From: Truepera sp.
GTDB taxonomy: Bacteria; Deinococcota; Deinococci; Deinococcales; Trueperaceae
Assembly (NCBI GenBank): GCA_965218435.1
Contig: CBDCKW010000009.1
Span: 2,816,001-2,880,000 of the forward strand
Length of the DNA: 64,000 bases
Direction of reading: 5' to 3'
Shown here: positions 42,348 through 52,138 of the stretch, piece by piece
Position numbering within the stretch: position 1 is the first letter of the stretch
Layout of the letters: every line of letters starts with the position of its first letter
Translations under genes and position numbers: made by a program
Notes under the pieces: model-generated
Database searches by the model: none
The model's input: the letters and a program-made list of their open reading frames with translations, nothing else
What the model was told of the DNA's origin: nothing

Positions 42348-43187
42348 ATGGACGTAGCAGCGCAGTACGCTCTAGCTGAAGAACTTGCAGAACGCTTGGG
42401 TTGGATTCCCGGCGTTCGGGCGGTCACGTTGGGCGGGTCGTTGGCTAGAGGCCGAGGGCAACCGGGAAGCGATATTGATTTGGGCGTTTACTACCACGCG
42501 GCTACGCCCCCCGATATTTGGGCGTTTAAGGCGCTAGCTAGGGCCGTTGACGATAGCGGTTCAGACGAAACCGTAACGGGTCACGGCGGTTGGGGAACGT
42601 GGGTCAACGGCGGCGCATGGCTGAGTGTCGGCGGTCAGCGCGTTGACTTCATCTACCGCGATTTGGACAGAGTTACGAAAGTGTAGGCACAGTGCCGTGC
42701 GGGTGGGCCGGAAAGACACCTTCACGGCGGTCATCCCCACGGGTTTCACAGCCCTATCTATCTGGGCGAGGTCTATTACGCCCGGATTCTTTACGACCCG
42801 GCAGGAGAGCTACGCGCTTTGCAAGAGCAACTTGCCGTCTATCCTTCTAAGCTCAAAAAGGCGCTGATTCCCACGTTTTTACACGAAGCTGAGTTCGCCC
42901 TAGCAATCAGCGAAAAGTCTGTTCAACGTGCCGAGAGTTCCTACGTTGCCGGGTGCTTTTTCGAATGCGTATACAGCCTCGTGCAGGTACTTTTTACGCT
43001 GAACGAACACTATTTTGTCAACGAAAAAGGCGCGGTCGCCGAAACGCGCACCTTTGAGAAAAGTTTAGAAGGTTTTGCCGACGAAGTGACGGATATTTTA
43101 GGTTGTGTGGGCCGGACGGCAGAGGAACTAGAGCGCAACCATAAGCGTTTAGGCAGTCTCGTCAGAGAGGTTAAGCTACTCACATAG
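42348..43187 (+). pseudogene. Nucleotidyltransferase-domain gene interrupted by a single in-frame TAG (42684-42686)
   Basis: GGSLARG...SDIDLG NTase motif and WVNGGAWL; reading continues in the same frame (GGHPHGFHSPIYLGEV...YFVNEKGA) into ORF 42819-43187. Confidence 0.8.
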
Positions 43188-43284
43188 TACGTCGTGTCAA
43201 GCCGAACCTCGAGCCGCAAGTCTAGTAAAGAAAGGTTCCAGAAGAAAACCTCTGGAACCTACGAAACTAGTTTCAAATCTTGAC

Positions 43285-45585
43285 TTAGCGTTCAACCGTT
43301 CGGAGCGGCCTTTCGGGAACCCGTTCCGCAGACGTTTTAGTTGGTGTGTGGCGTTTACGCGCTTTGAGCCGTTCAGCCAAAAAGTAGCTCCCAGTGACAA
43401 AAGTTCCGGCAACTGCTTGCAAGGCGAGCCCTTCCCAGGTGGCGTAAAGGCCAAACCAGAGCCCAGCCCAGTAAGGGAACTCTAAAAACCGTAGCGGATG
43501 CGTCGGCAACCATCCGACAACTTGCAGTGCGTGCGCGGTATTGCCGACCATGACGAGTAGCACCGCGCCCAGCATTACTGCCGTGACGACGAGCATCTTC
43601 TTGTACGGCAGCTTGGTCTGCACCTGAAAGACGATCAAGCCGACGGCAAACGTCGCCGCGAGACCGAGGGCAACGCCTGCAAAAACGCTGAGGCTGCCCG
43701 CCTCTAAGACCAACGCCTGCAAAAACAAGGCCGTTTCAAAGCCTTCACGGTAAACGCTCGTAAATCCCAAGAGCGCCAACCCGACGAACTGCCCGACCCC
43801 TGCCCCGATAATCCGGGCTTTCTTTTTGTGAAAACCGGCCATCCAGTCCGTCCAATAGGTATCGTGAAAAAACCAGTTGGTAATGAGCAGCAAAACGCCG
43901 ATAGCGACGACCGAAACGACGGCCTCGAGCTTCTCCCCAAACTGCGCAAACGCTAACAGAGCGCCGCGCATAATCAGAAACGTCACGGCGCTCGCCAGCA
44001 GCGCACTCCACACCCCGACCCAAAGAGGTTTACGAAAGCGTTTCATCGAGGCCATCTTGAGACTACCGAGCAGCGACGCCAAGATGAGAACGGCCTCGAG
44101 CCCTTCCCGAAAGACGATAATTGCAGCGTTCGTCGCGACCGACCCCGGCGCTTTCGAGCCGCTGATGGCGGTTTTCGCCTCAGCAAGTCGAGCTGAAAGC
44201 GCCGCGCGGGTTGCCTTGACCTCAGCCAGCGGTGCGTGACGGCTCAGCAAGTAGGCGAGTCCTTTGGGGCTGTCGCCGTACCAGAAGAGATTTTCGATCT
44301 CCGGCACAAAGCGTGGGGCAAACGCGGTCAATTTCGCTTCGGGGCCGCTTTCTAAAATCGCGTACGCTTCAATGCGGGAGCTTTCAGCTTGAGCATACGC
44401 ACCCGTGGCGACGGCAGCCTCGAGCTGTGACAAGGCTTCTTCGATCACGTCAAAATCGGCGGAGCTGTTTTGCTGGAGCCACGCTGCAGGCATCGTGCTT
44501 TTGAGCGTGTCGGTCAGAGTTTGAACGTTGCCCTTCACAACATCCGGCGCGGCGACGGCGGTGTGTTTACTGGCGTCGTCTAAGGTTTGGGTCAGTCCGG
44601 CAAAAAGCTCGGCGGCGCGTCCGGTGGCGGCAGCGTCTCGAGTGCTCAGTTCACCTTGGAGATCGGCAAAGGCAGCGGTGGCAGCCTCTTGAAAGCTGAT
44701 CGCTTCACGAATCTCGAGATCAACAGCCACATCTCCCCCGCGTATGCCGCGACCATACTCGAGCGGCACGAGCGACAAAAAGCGGAACAATTGACCGGCG
44801 CGGCGGGCCTGTTCATCGGCGCTGAGAGGCGCGGCGCGAAACCCGGCTAAGGCGGTCTGAACGGGCGCAACTTCACCTTTCGCTAACCCGGCAAAAACAG
44901 TTTGAGCTTTTCGTAACGCCTCAGTACCACGCTGGGCCTCAAAACTCGAGGCCAAAATCGCAAAGTAACCTCTGGCTAAAGCTGCAGCCTCGGCGGTGCG
45001 TACTGAAAAGTCTTGCGCGTGCGCCGCACTGACGTCGGCCAGGGTTTCCTGAAGCCGCGCCCCGTAGGTGTCGAGCAGGTCGGCACGTACCGCTTCTAAG
45101 GCTTTTTCTTGGGACAGCTCGCCAGCCTGCCACTGCCTTAGTGCCAAGGTTGCGTCGGCGTCGGGACGAGAAAACCGAGTCGCCTGCCGAAACTCACGTA
45201 AAACGAGCCATGACGCGGCGGCTTCGGGGTTGTCTTGCCGGATGGCTTTAGTGGTTTGCCTAAACCCGGCATCTAACAGTGCCGTCCAGAGTTGAGCTTT
45301 GGCGGCAGCAAAGGCAGCTTCATCACCCTGATTTACGGCCTGTTCTGCACGCGCTAAGGCATTTTTGGCGCGGGTGTCGAGGGTAGGCTCGAGCCCAGCC
45401 AAGCCCAACTTCGCATAAGCCGCCTTTGCTTTTTGTAGCGGCGCACGGGCAGAGTTAGGTGCAAGCATCAACCCCAACTGCGCGTCAACAAGATTGCTCC
45501 GCACGGTTTCGGCAAGCGTTGCAGGAGACGCAGCTAAAGTATTTGAGATCAACATAAGCGCGAAAAGTATAGTCAGGCGTTTCAT
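43285..45585 (-). CDS. FTR1/EfeU-family iron permease with large N-terminal extracytoplasmic domain
   Basis: Signal peptide; two RExxE motifs (FREGLEA, YREGFET) in the TM region. Confidence 0.88.
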   Translation of the reverse strand: MKRLTILFALMLISNTLAASPATLAETVRSNLVDAQLGLMLAPNSARAPLQKAKAAYAKLGLAGLEPTLDTRAKNALARAEQAVNQGDEAAFAAAKAQLWTALLDAGFRQTTKAIRQDNPEAAASWLVLREFRQATRFSRPDADATLALRQWQAGELSQEKALEAVRADLLDTYGARLQETLADVSAAHAQDFSVRTAEAAALARGYFAILASSFEAQRGTEALRKAQTVFAGLAKGEVAPVQTALAGFRAAPLSADEQARRAGQLFRFLSLVPLEYGRGIRGGDVAVDLEIREAISFQEAATAAFADLQGELSTRDAAATGRAAELFAGLTQTLDDASKHTAVAAPDVVKGNVQTLTDTLKSTMPAAWLQQNSSADFDVIEEALSQLEAAVATGAYAQAESSRIEAYAILESGPEAKLTAFAPRFVPEIENLFWYGDSPKGLAYLLSRHAPLAEVKATRAALSARLAEAKTAISGSKAPGSVATNAAIIVFREGLEAVLILASLLGSLKMASMKRFRKPLWVGVWSALLASAVTFLIMRGALLAFAQFGEKLEAVVSVVAIGVLLLITNWFFHDTYWTDWMAGFHKKKARIIGAGVGQFVGLALLGFTSVYREGFETALFLQALVLEAGSLSVFAGVALGLAATFAVGLIVFQVQTKLPYKKMLVVTAVMLGAVLLVMVGNTAHALQVVGWLPTHPLRFLEFPYWAGLWFGLYATWEGLALQAVAGTFVTGSYFLAERLKARKRHTPTKTSAERVPERPLRTVER

Positions 45586-46631
45586 CAGTCGGCCACCGTG
45601 ACGCCTAAAGCGCCCGCGACCTGCACCACTTGCCCGGTAATCGCCGTCGCCCGGTCTTGCGCTTCAGCGCCCAAAACGTCGGCCTGTTCGGGTGAAAACC
45701 GCTTACCGGCACGCTCGGCGGCGTAGATGTCGGCGACGTAAGCTTTAAGCTCCAACAGGCGCGTCTCGAGCTGTTCGCCCTGCGCAGGGTCTACGGTGGC
45801 AATCTGCGGCGCGACACCCTCTAAAACGACCTCGAGCCCCGACAAGATGTCCTGAATATCGGCCAAGCGGGAGATCGCAACAAAATCGCGCTGCTCGGAG
45901 GCTGCCCCGACGACAAAGCGCGAGTCGCGCCACGAGGCGAAGTATTCGCTCATCGTCGGGACCATCACGACGAGCGCAGTAAAGGCGTCTTGTTCGGTCG
46001 GATTCCAAGCCGTACCCGCAGCTTTGAGGTCGGCAGCTTTTTGCGCGAGCAGCGCCGACGCGCCTCTTAAGACGTTGGCGTTTGGGAGAACTTCGCCGAA
46101 CTCGAGTTGTCCGTTCCTATTGAGGTCAGCTTGGACACCGCTCGAGTACGCCGCGAACGTTCCCCAGAGTGTACTTTCCGTAACGCCGAAGAGGTTACCG
46201 GGTTTCTCCAGCACCTGCCCGTCAGGAAGCGTAAGGTCAAATGAAACGGCATTTTGCGGGTCTTCAGCGGCGCTCGAGCCTGCGTCCAAATCCACATCGA
46301 ATTGCGCCAAGCTCGGTGTTCCGGCGACGATTCCTTCGACCTGCTCGTAGAGCGGGCTCGCCGTCGTCCAAACGTCACGGGCACTTTTTATCAGTGCAGC
46401 AACTTCATCCTCACGCTTTTGCCAGAGCGCCGCGTAATCAAACGCTTCACCCTCAGCCAGCGCGTAATAACGCTCGCTCAGCCGCTCTAACTCAGCGGTT
46501 TGCTCAGCGAGCGTCCCGGTTTTTGCGAGCAGATAGGTTTGAATCGCGCCGAGGTCGGTTTGGGCGGACGCTACACCTACGAAAGTTAGTAGGCAACTCA
46601 ACCCAAAACACCCAGCCAGTTTGTTGAACAC
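45585..46631 (-). CDS. Imelysin/EfeO-like secreted iron-binding protein
   Basis: Signal peptide after AGGAGG; W...SPLYEQVEGIVAG motif; translationally coupled to the FTR1 gene. Confidence 0.7.
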   Translation of the reverse strand: MFNKLAGCFGLSCLLTFVGVASAQTDLGAIQTYLLAKTGTLAEQTAELERLSERYYALAEGEAFDYAALWQKREDEVAALIKSARDVWTTASPLYEQVEGIVAGTPSLAQFDVDLDAGSSAAEDPQNAVSFDLTLPDGQVLEKPGNLFGVTESTLWGTFAAYSSGVQADLNRNGQLEFGEVLPNANVLRGASALLAQKAADLKAAGTAWNPTEQDAFTALVVMVPTMSEYFASWRDSRFVVGAASEQRDFVAISRLADIQDILSGLEVVLEGVAPQIATVDPAQGEQLETRLLELKAYVADIYAAERAGKRFSPEQADVLGAEAQDRATAITGQVVQVAGALGVTVAD

Positions 46632-46723
46632 GCATGAACCTCCTGTATGACCTGCAATTCTTTTAATCCCTAGCAGCAAGGTCGGATTTAGAGGCAGTCT
46701 AGCGTCCCTCGAGTATCGTGTCA

Positions 46724-46748
46724 ATACCCGAGTGAGTTACTCGGAATA
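46724..46748. promoter_or_regulatory. Palindromic operator upstream of the iron-uptake operon (Rrf2/IscR-like)
   Basis: ATACCCGAGTGAGTTACTCGGAAT, i.e. CCGAGT-N5-ACTCGG. Confidence 0.45.
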
Positions 46749-46883
46749 GTTCCTAAGTTGGCTCCAGAACGTTCTTTTGCAAAAAAGGCTCGAGCTCGAG
46801 CCGCAATATTGATGAGACAGCTGTGATAGAGCAAGTCACAACGACTGCGGCGTTGCAACACTAAAACCTGTTACCTTGACCTT

Positions 46884-47678
46884 ATGAAGCCAACCTCGCT
46901 GGGCTACCGGACCGACCTCATTTTCCACCGTTTCGAAGGCGACGTGCTTGACCGAGGTCACTACCTCGTGATTCGCACACCGAGTAATCCAGGCTATCAT
47001 TGGGGTAACTTTTTAATTTTTGGCGCACCACCGAAGCCGGGAGATTTCGCGCGATGGAACGAACTTTTTACGCGTGAAGTCGGCACCCCGCCGCTGATTA
47101 ACCACAAGGTTTTCGCTTGGGACACCGTAGACGGTCGTCACGGTGACGTATCTGACTTTCTCGCCGCAGGTTTTGAGCTGGGCGAAGAGGTCGTGATGGC
47201 GACCGGCACGCTGACACCGCCGCGCCGCTACAACCACAAGGTTGAGCTTCGGACCCTCGAGACTGACGCCGACTTTGCCGCACACGTTGACTTGCACGTC
47301 CTCGGCCGCAACGAAAAATATGATGAGGTGAGCTACCGGCCTTTCTATGAGGCGAGCACGAAAAGCTACCGAAAGATGATCGCGGCGGGTCTCGGACGCT
47401 GGTTCGGGGCTTTTTTAGACGGAAAACTCGTGGCCGATATGGGCATCTTTGCCGCAGGCGACCTAGCCCGGTATCAGTCGGTGGTAACGCACCCGGACTT
47501 TCGGCGGCGCGGCATCTGTAGCACGCTGCTCTACGAAACCGGACGTTTTGCGCTCGAGACACTCGGCGCAAAGACGCTCGTGATTGTTGCCGATGACCAC
47601 TACTTTGCCAAACACATCTACGGCTCGGTAGGTTTTACGGTGCAGGAAAAACAGGGATCGCTCGAGTGGCACTCTTAG
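46884..47678 (+). CDS. GNAT acetyltransferase
   Basis: RTPSNPGYHWGN; VVTHPDFRRRGI acetyl-CoA motif. Confidence 0.85.
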   Translation: MKPTSLGYRTDLIFHRFEGDVLDRGHYLVIRTPSNPGYHWGNFLIFGAPPKPGDFARWNELFTREVGTPPLINHKVFAWDTVDGRHGDVSDFLAAGFELGEEVVMATGTLTPPRRYNHKVELRTLETDADFAAHVDLHVLGRNEKYDEVSYRPFYEASTKSYRKMIAAGLGRWFGAFLDGKLVADMGIFAAGDLARYQSVVTHPDFRRRGICSTLLYETGRFALETLGAKTLVIVADDHYFAKHIYGSVGFTVQEKQGSLEWHS

Positions 47679-47993
47679 ACCAGTACCCATAAACCAATAT
47701 CAGCTGTTGGCTCTGTCGGCGTGCTGGCAAGCATAAGGTGCTCGTCGTCGCAGCCAAACTGCGTTGGCTCATTTGAAACTATTGGGAAGGGTTACGGCCT
47801 TTAAGCTTACATTTAAGCTTCGAGAAACGCGGCTGCAAGCTCGAGCTGATTAAGAAAGGTCACTAAAAATGTCATGCAAAAGGCTCGGACAACTTAGACT
47901 CAGACATTCCAGTCTCTAAGCAGGCGGTCTTAACAGCAAACTTAACGGCAAACAAAAGCTGCAAGGTTTGGCTAGGGTTTGACTGAGGTAGCT

Positions 47994-48995
47994 TCAAACA
48001 CGCCAGTGATCCATCAGCGCGACGACAACGGCGTGAGGGACGGTCAGGGCGCTGATCAAAATGAGGTAAAGAGCGACAAACCCCTCGAGCGTCGTCACCC
48101 GCGCGGCGTTCGCCAGGTACACTCCGGCGAGTAAAGCCAGCGCCAGCAGGGTCAGCGGGAGCAGATCAACAGAGAGGCGGCGAACGGCGGCCATCAGGGT
48201 CGGCGGGCGACCTTCACCGCCCTGTTCGCTGAGCAGCAGCAACCGCCCAAGATGCCTGAGCGAATGCCAGAAGGCAAAATAGACACCGACGGCAACGTAA
48301 GCCGGTACGAGCGTAAAAAGCGCCGTAAGCAAAAAGATTTCGGTAAGGTCTACGGCGAGTACGGCACTGCTAGGGGCGGCGCGAACGGCGTTTATCAGGT
48401 AGAGGGCAAAAACCAGCACCACAAAGGTGAGCAGAAGCCCCACAAACCACGGCGACTTTAGGTTGACGGTGTTCACGCTCAGCCCGAGGCCCAGCGCGGC
48501 GTGGTGGTAGAGGCTGGCAGCGGTTTCGGGAAAAGCCAAAAGCGGCAGCGCGATAGGTAACAGCCCCCGTAAAACGAGCGTCGTCAGGGCTCCCCAACGC
48601 GTGGGCCGACGGCGACCCAGTGAAAGCTCGAGAAACCGCCTATCGCCTTGCCCCCAGTGCAGGACGGTGAGGAGCAAAAAACCGACAAACGCGACTTGCG
48701 GCGCGAGCAGCCAGAGGCCGAAATAGAGTGCAGCCAAGCTCAGGTAACCCACGAGGTAAAATGCAAACAGCCACGGCCTGCGTGCCCATAAAAATCCTGA
48801 ACGAACCGGGACGAGGTGGTCGAGCGCCCCGTGCGGCAGGGCAAAAAAGACGGTACCGAGGAGCAAAGGGTAAAGTGCATGGGCGCTGACAAAGTTGGGC
48901 GCAACGGCGTAGAGCCCGAGGGTAGCAAACGCCGCGAACCACGGGATACCTACTAACCAGAGCTCGAGCTGTACGTCAGTTAATCTTTGTGTCAT
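47994..48995 (-). CDS. Brp/Blh family beta-carotene 15,15'-dioxygenase
   Basis: Four conserved His motifs: LPHGALDH, HWGQGD, YFAFWHSLRH, ALTVPH; multi-TM. Confidence 0.88.
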   Translation of the reverse strand: MTQRLTDVQLELWLVGIPWFAAFATLGLYAVAPNFVSAHALYPLLLGTVFFALPHGALDHLVPVRSGFLWARRPWLFAFYLVGYLSLAALYFGLWLLAPQVAFVGFLLLTVLHWGQGDRRFLELSLGRRRPTRWGALTTLVLRGLLPIALPLLAFPETAASLYHHAALGLGLSVNTVNLKSPWFVGLLLTFVVLVFALYLINAVRAAPSSAVLAVDLTEIFLLTALFTLVPAYVAVGVYFAFWHSLRHLGRLLLLSEQGGEGRPPTLMAAVRRLSVDLLPLTLLALALLAGVYLANAARVTTLEGFVALYLILISALTVPHAVVVALMDHWRV

Positions 48996-49028
48996 CTAAT
49001 CTTTGTGTCATCTAATCTTTGTGTCATC
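48981..49028. repeat. Perfect 16-bp tandem repeat x3 spanning the blh start codon
   Basis: TAATCTTTGTGTCATC x3 (minus strand GATGACACAAAGATTA x3). Confidence 0.95.
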
Positions 49029-49291
49029 GGCAAGGTGCGCGTCACCAGCTGTCTCCCGACAGCAGCCCGTTTGAAGGCTGCACTCGGCCAGTCATAACTC
49101 AGTTAGTCATAAAGGGTCTTAGGGTTGCGAAACTGGCTTCAGCACACGTTCGTAACAGAAGAGCTTTCAGAGACGCGTAAGAACCGTGACGCAGCACTAG
49201 GTAGCCCCGCCTTTACGTCTCCATAATCAGAGGAACGCCGCAGTGCGACGCCGAGCTTAGTGGCTCATACCTAACGACCATGGGGGGAACG

Positions 49292-51148
49292 ATGACCGAG
49301 CAGCAAGCAGTCCTTTCTTGGCTTAAAGACGCGCACGCGATGGAGGTTGGTGCGCTGCCGACCCTGCAACACCACGCGGACGCGGCGCAAAACTATCCCG
49401 AAGTCCGCGAGAAACTCTTGCAACATCATGAGCAAACGCGCCGCCACGCCGAACTTATCGGGGGGTGCCTCGAGCGTTTAGGCACCAACCCTTCGGCCCT
49501 TAAAGAAACCGTCGGTACAGCTTTCGGCAAGGTGACCGGGCTCGTTAACCTGCCGACCAAAGACCCGGTTGTTAAAAATGCACTCGGCGACTACGCCGCT
49601 GAACATTTCGAGATTGCCTCGTACAAATCGTTGATCGCAGGCGCTGAAAAGGCCGGAGATTTAAGCACCGCCGACGTCTGCAGACAGATTCTCCAAGAAG
49701 AAGAAGAGATGGCCGGTTGGCTGGGGGGACACATCCCCACGATGACGCAAAAATTTTTAGATGAGCAGACCGGCGAGTCTGAAAGCTCAGACGGAGCCCT
49801 CAGCAAGGTAGGCCAGACCGTCACTGAACTAGGCGAAAAGGGCAAAGACGCGGCGACCAACGTCGGCCCGAAAAACGCGTTGCTGGCAGGGGGTGCGCTG
49901 CTAGCCGGTGCGGGCGCAGCGATGCTGATCGGTCAAGCCTTGCGCCGTAACGATGACAAAAACAGCGAGCAAACCGAGTGGAACGACCTCGGCGACACGA
50001 ACCTCGGCAGCGCCGAATACGGTGCGGCGGAAGCTGATAGTGCGCTTGCAGACGGCACGGTTATAGATGACATGGTTGTAGACGACATAGCTGTAGACGG
50101 CACAGTGATAGACGCGGTCATGGAAACAGACATGGGCCTAGATGACTCAGACCTAGATGACTCATTTGTAGCGGCGAGTGACCCGCTGGGAGCTGAGCCG
50201 CTAGAAATTGAAACGGACGCCGCAACGATGCAAAGTTTAGACGATTCGGCGCTACTAGCCGACTTAGCGGCCGACCTACCCTTAGAAGAGGAGACCGGCG
50301 GCTTGGTCTACACTGAGGTCTGGCTCGAGCCGGGGCTTTACAGCGGTTTTGGGCCGAGCTATGACAGCGCCGGCGACCCCGTTGGTCAAGAGGTCGCGTC
50401 TCGGCTCACGCAGCACGGACAAGTTGACGCCTCAAATATCGAGATTACGGTTGAAAATGGTGATGTGCTTCTCGAGGGTACCGTGGCCGACGAAGAGACC
50501 AAACGCCTGGTAGGTGAGGCGGTCCAAACCGTCACCGGGGTCAATCAGATAGAAAACATGCTGCAGGTGCAAACTGTGCAAACCGGCATGGGTCAAGATA
50601 GTGCAGGTCAAAGCAGTATGAGTCAAGACGGTGCAAGTCAAGGCAGTACAGATCAAAGTAGCAGTGGAGGAAATGACATGAGTGAGTTCGAGCACAGCAC
50701 GACGATTGACGCTTCGCCTGACGACGTTTACGCATTTATGTCGAAAGTTGAAAACCTACCTAAATATCTGCCGACGACCCACAGCGCACAGCCGCAGCAA
50801 GGTGACCGCGTTCGGGTACAGGGCGAAGCGCAAGGGCATGAATACGACGCTGACGGGTTTTTTCGCACCGACAAAGACGCGCACCGCATCGAGTGGGGTG
50901 CGGACGAACAGTACTACTCGGGGTGGCTCGAGGTTACCGGTCAAGGCGAGAACTCAACGATGACCGTCCACCTGTCGTTTTCGGGTGGACCGCCCGCCGG
51001 TGAAGGGGACGCGCCCAGCGACGAGAGTAACAACGCGCCCAACCGAGACGAGATTCAAGAAGGACTGGTCAAGTCGCTCGAGTCGATTAAAAACTTTGTC
51101 GAAGAAGGGCGCTCCGGCGGCAAAGAAGAGCCGAGCGCCGCAACCTAA
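49292..51148 (+). CDS. Fusion protein: DUF892/YciE ferritin-like + TM segment + acidic repeats + BON domain + SRPBCC domain
   Basis: WLKDAHAME...EHFEIASY (DUF892); VDASNIEITVENGDVLLEGTV (BON); TIDASPDDVYAFMSKVENLPKYLP (SRPBCC). Confidence 0.75.
   Translation: MTEQQAVLSWLKDAHAMEVGALPTLQHHADAAQNYPEVREKLLQHHEQTRRHAELIGGCLERLGTNPSALKETVGTAFGKVTGLVNLPTKDPVVKNALGDYAAEHFEIASYKSLIAGAEKAGDLSTADVCRQILQEEEEMAGWLGGHIPTMTQKFLDEQTGESESSDGALSKVGQTVTELGEKGKDAATNVGPKNALLAGGALLAGAGAAMLIGQALRRNDDKNSEQTEWNDLGDTNLGSAEYGAAEADSALADGTVIDDMVVDDIAVDGTVIDAVMETDMGLDDSDLDDSFVAASDPLGAEPLEIETDAATMQSLDDSALLADLAADLPLEEETGGLVYTEVWLEPGLYSGFGPSYDSAGDPVGQEVASRLTQHGQVDASNIEITVENGDVLLEGTVADEETKRLVGEAVQTVTGVNQIENMLQVQTVQTGMGQDSAGQSSMSQDGASQGSTDQSSSGGNDMSEFEHSTTIDASPDDVYAFMSKVENLPKYLPTTHSAQPQQGDRVRVQGEAQGHEYDADGFFRTDKDAHRIEWGADEQYYSGWLEVTGQGENSTMTVHLSFSGGPPAGEGDAPSDESNNAPNRDEIQEGLVKSLESIKNFVEEGRSGGKEEPSAAT
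50048..50167 (+). repeat. Eight degenerate 15-nt (5-aa, Asp-rich) repeats
   Basis: ADGTV IDDMV VDDIA VDGTV IDAVM ETDMG LDDSD LDDSF. Confidence 0.7.
50591..50665 (+). repeat. Five degenerate 15-nt repeats in the BON-SRPBCC linker
   Basis: GQDSA GQSSM SQDGA SQGST DQSSS. Confidence 0.7.
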
Positions 51149-51172
51149 GCTAACTGGTAACTAAGCAGTTCT

Positions 51173-51199
51173 AAGAGGCGCAACTGCGCCTCTTTTTTA
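51173..51199 (+). terminator. Intrinsic terminator
   Basis: AAGAGGCGCA/TGCGCCTCTT then a T-run. Confidence 0.85.
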
Positions 51200-51244
51200 A
51201 TAGTTTATAGAGGTAGCGTACGGCGACACAGCTTGCGAACACGC

Positions 51245-51904
51245 TTAGGCAAACGGCGACGTCTCGTAGTTGGCCAGTAGGTCCTGAGGACCGTCATAAA
51301 CGGTGAGGGCTCCCTTGAAGTCTTCGTCATCCCAACCGCCACAGCGAAACGCGATGACGCCGAGGCCGAGGGGCGCAGCAGCTTGCAGATCGTAAGGGGT
51401 GTCGCCAAGCAGCAGGGCTTGATCGGCCGGTAACGAAAGCTTGTCAAGCGCCACCGTCAAGATGTCGGGGTGCGGTTTCGACGCGTTGGCGTCGCTCGAG
51501 GAGGTCTGCTCGCTAAGCAGATCGCTTACGTCGGCCAGCTCGAGGAGCGCCGCCAGCGTATCTTGTCCCGAGGAACTCGCCGCAATCAAGCTCAGTCCGT
51601 CTTCAGTAAACCGCTCTAACAGCTCCCGAACTCCGGGAAACGTGCTTACTTCAGGCAGATAACGCGTTTTGAAAATCTCACTGCGGCGGGCGTCGATGTC
51701 CTGGCGCAGTTTAGAGTCGCCGGTAACCCCGATAACTCTGGGCAGCAGTTCGTCGCCACCCATGCCGATCAGCGGCCGCACCCGCTCAAAAGCTACGTCG
51801 TAGCCAAACGCTTTAAGCGCGTCCACATAAGCGCGTGCGTGCGCGTCGTTGCTGTCTACCAGGGTACCGTCTACATCGAGTAAGACGCCTTTAAGTGTGG
51901 TCAT
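51245..51904 (-). CDS. HAD family hydrolase
   Basis: DVDGTLVDS, SKPHPD, GDTPYD. Confidence 0.9.
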   Translation of the reverse strand: MTTLKGVLLDVDGTLVDSNDAHARAYVDALKAFGYDVAFERVRPLIGMGGDELLPRVIGVTGDSKLRQDIDARRSEIFKTRYLPEVSTFPGVRELLERFTEDGLSLIAASSSGQDTLAALLELADVSDLLSEQTSSSDANASKPHPDILTVALDKLSLPADQALLLGDTPYDLQAAAPLGLGVIAFRCGGWDDEDFKGALTVYDGPQDLLANYETSPFA

Positions 51905-52138
51905 TATGCCCCTTCGGTTGCCGAGGATTTTCGTTCAGGCTCAGCGACCTTTTGCTCGAGTTTAAGTCGTCCCGGCATCTTTACAAAGTAACGAGCCCCG
52001 TCTTCGGCGGGATGCCTTACAAGCTTTGTGCTGGTTTATTGATACTGTATGTGTGTTTAGCTTGAAATCATTGAGTGACGTAAATTCAAGCATCATGCAA
52101 TTAGCCAATGCAACACTAATTATTTTGGACGGTGCAAA

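Noticed and set aside
35654..49160. DdrO/RDRM radiation-response boxes (~35654-35670, ~49144-49160)
   Set aside because: Each has at least two mismatches to the palindrome and neither precedes a typical RDR gene.
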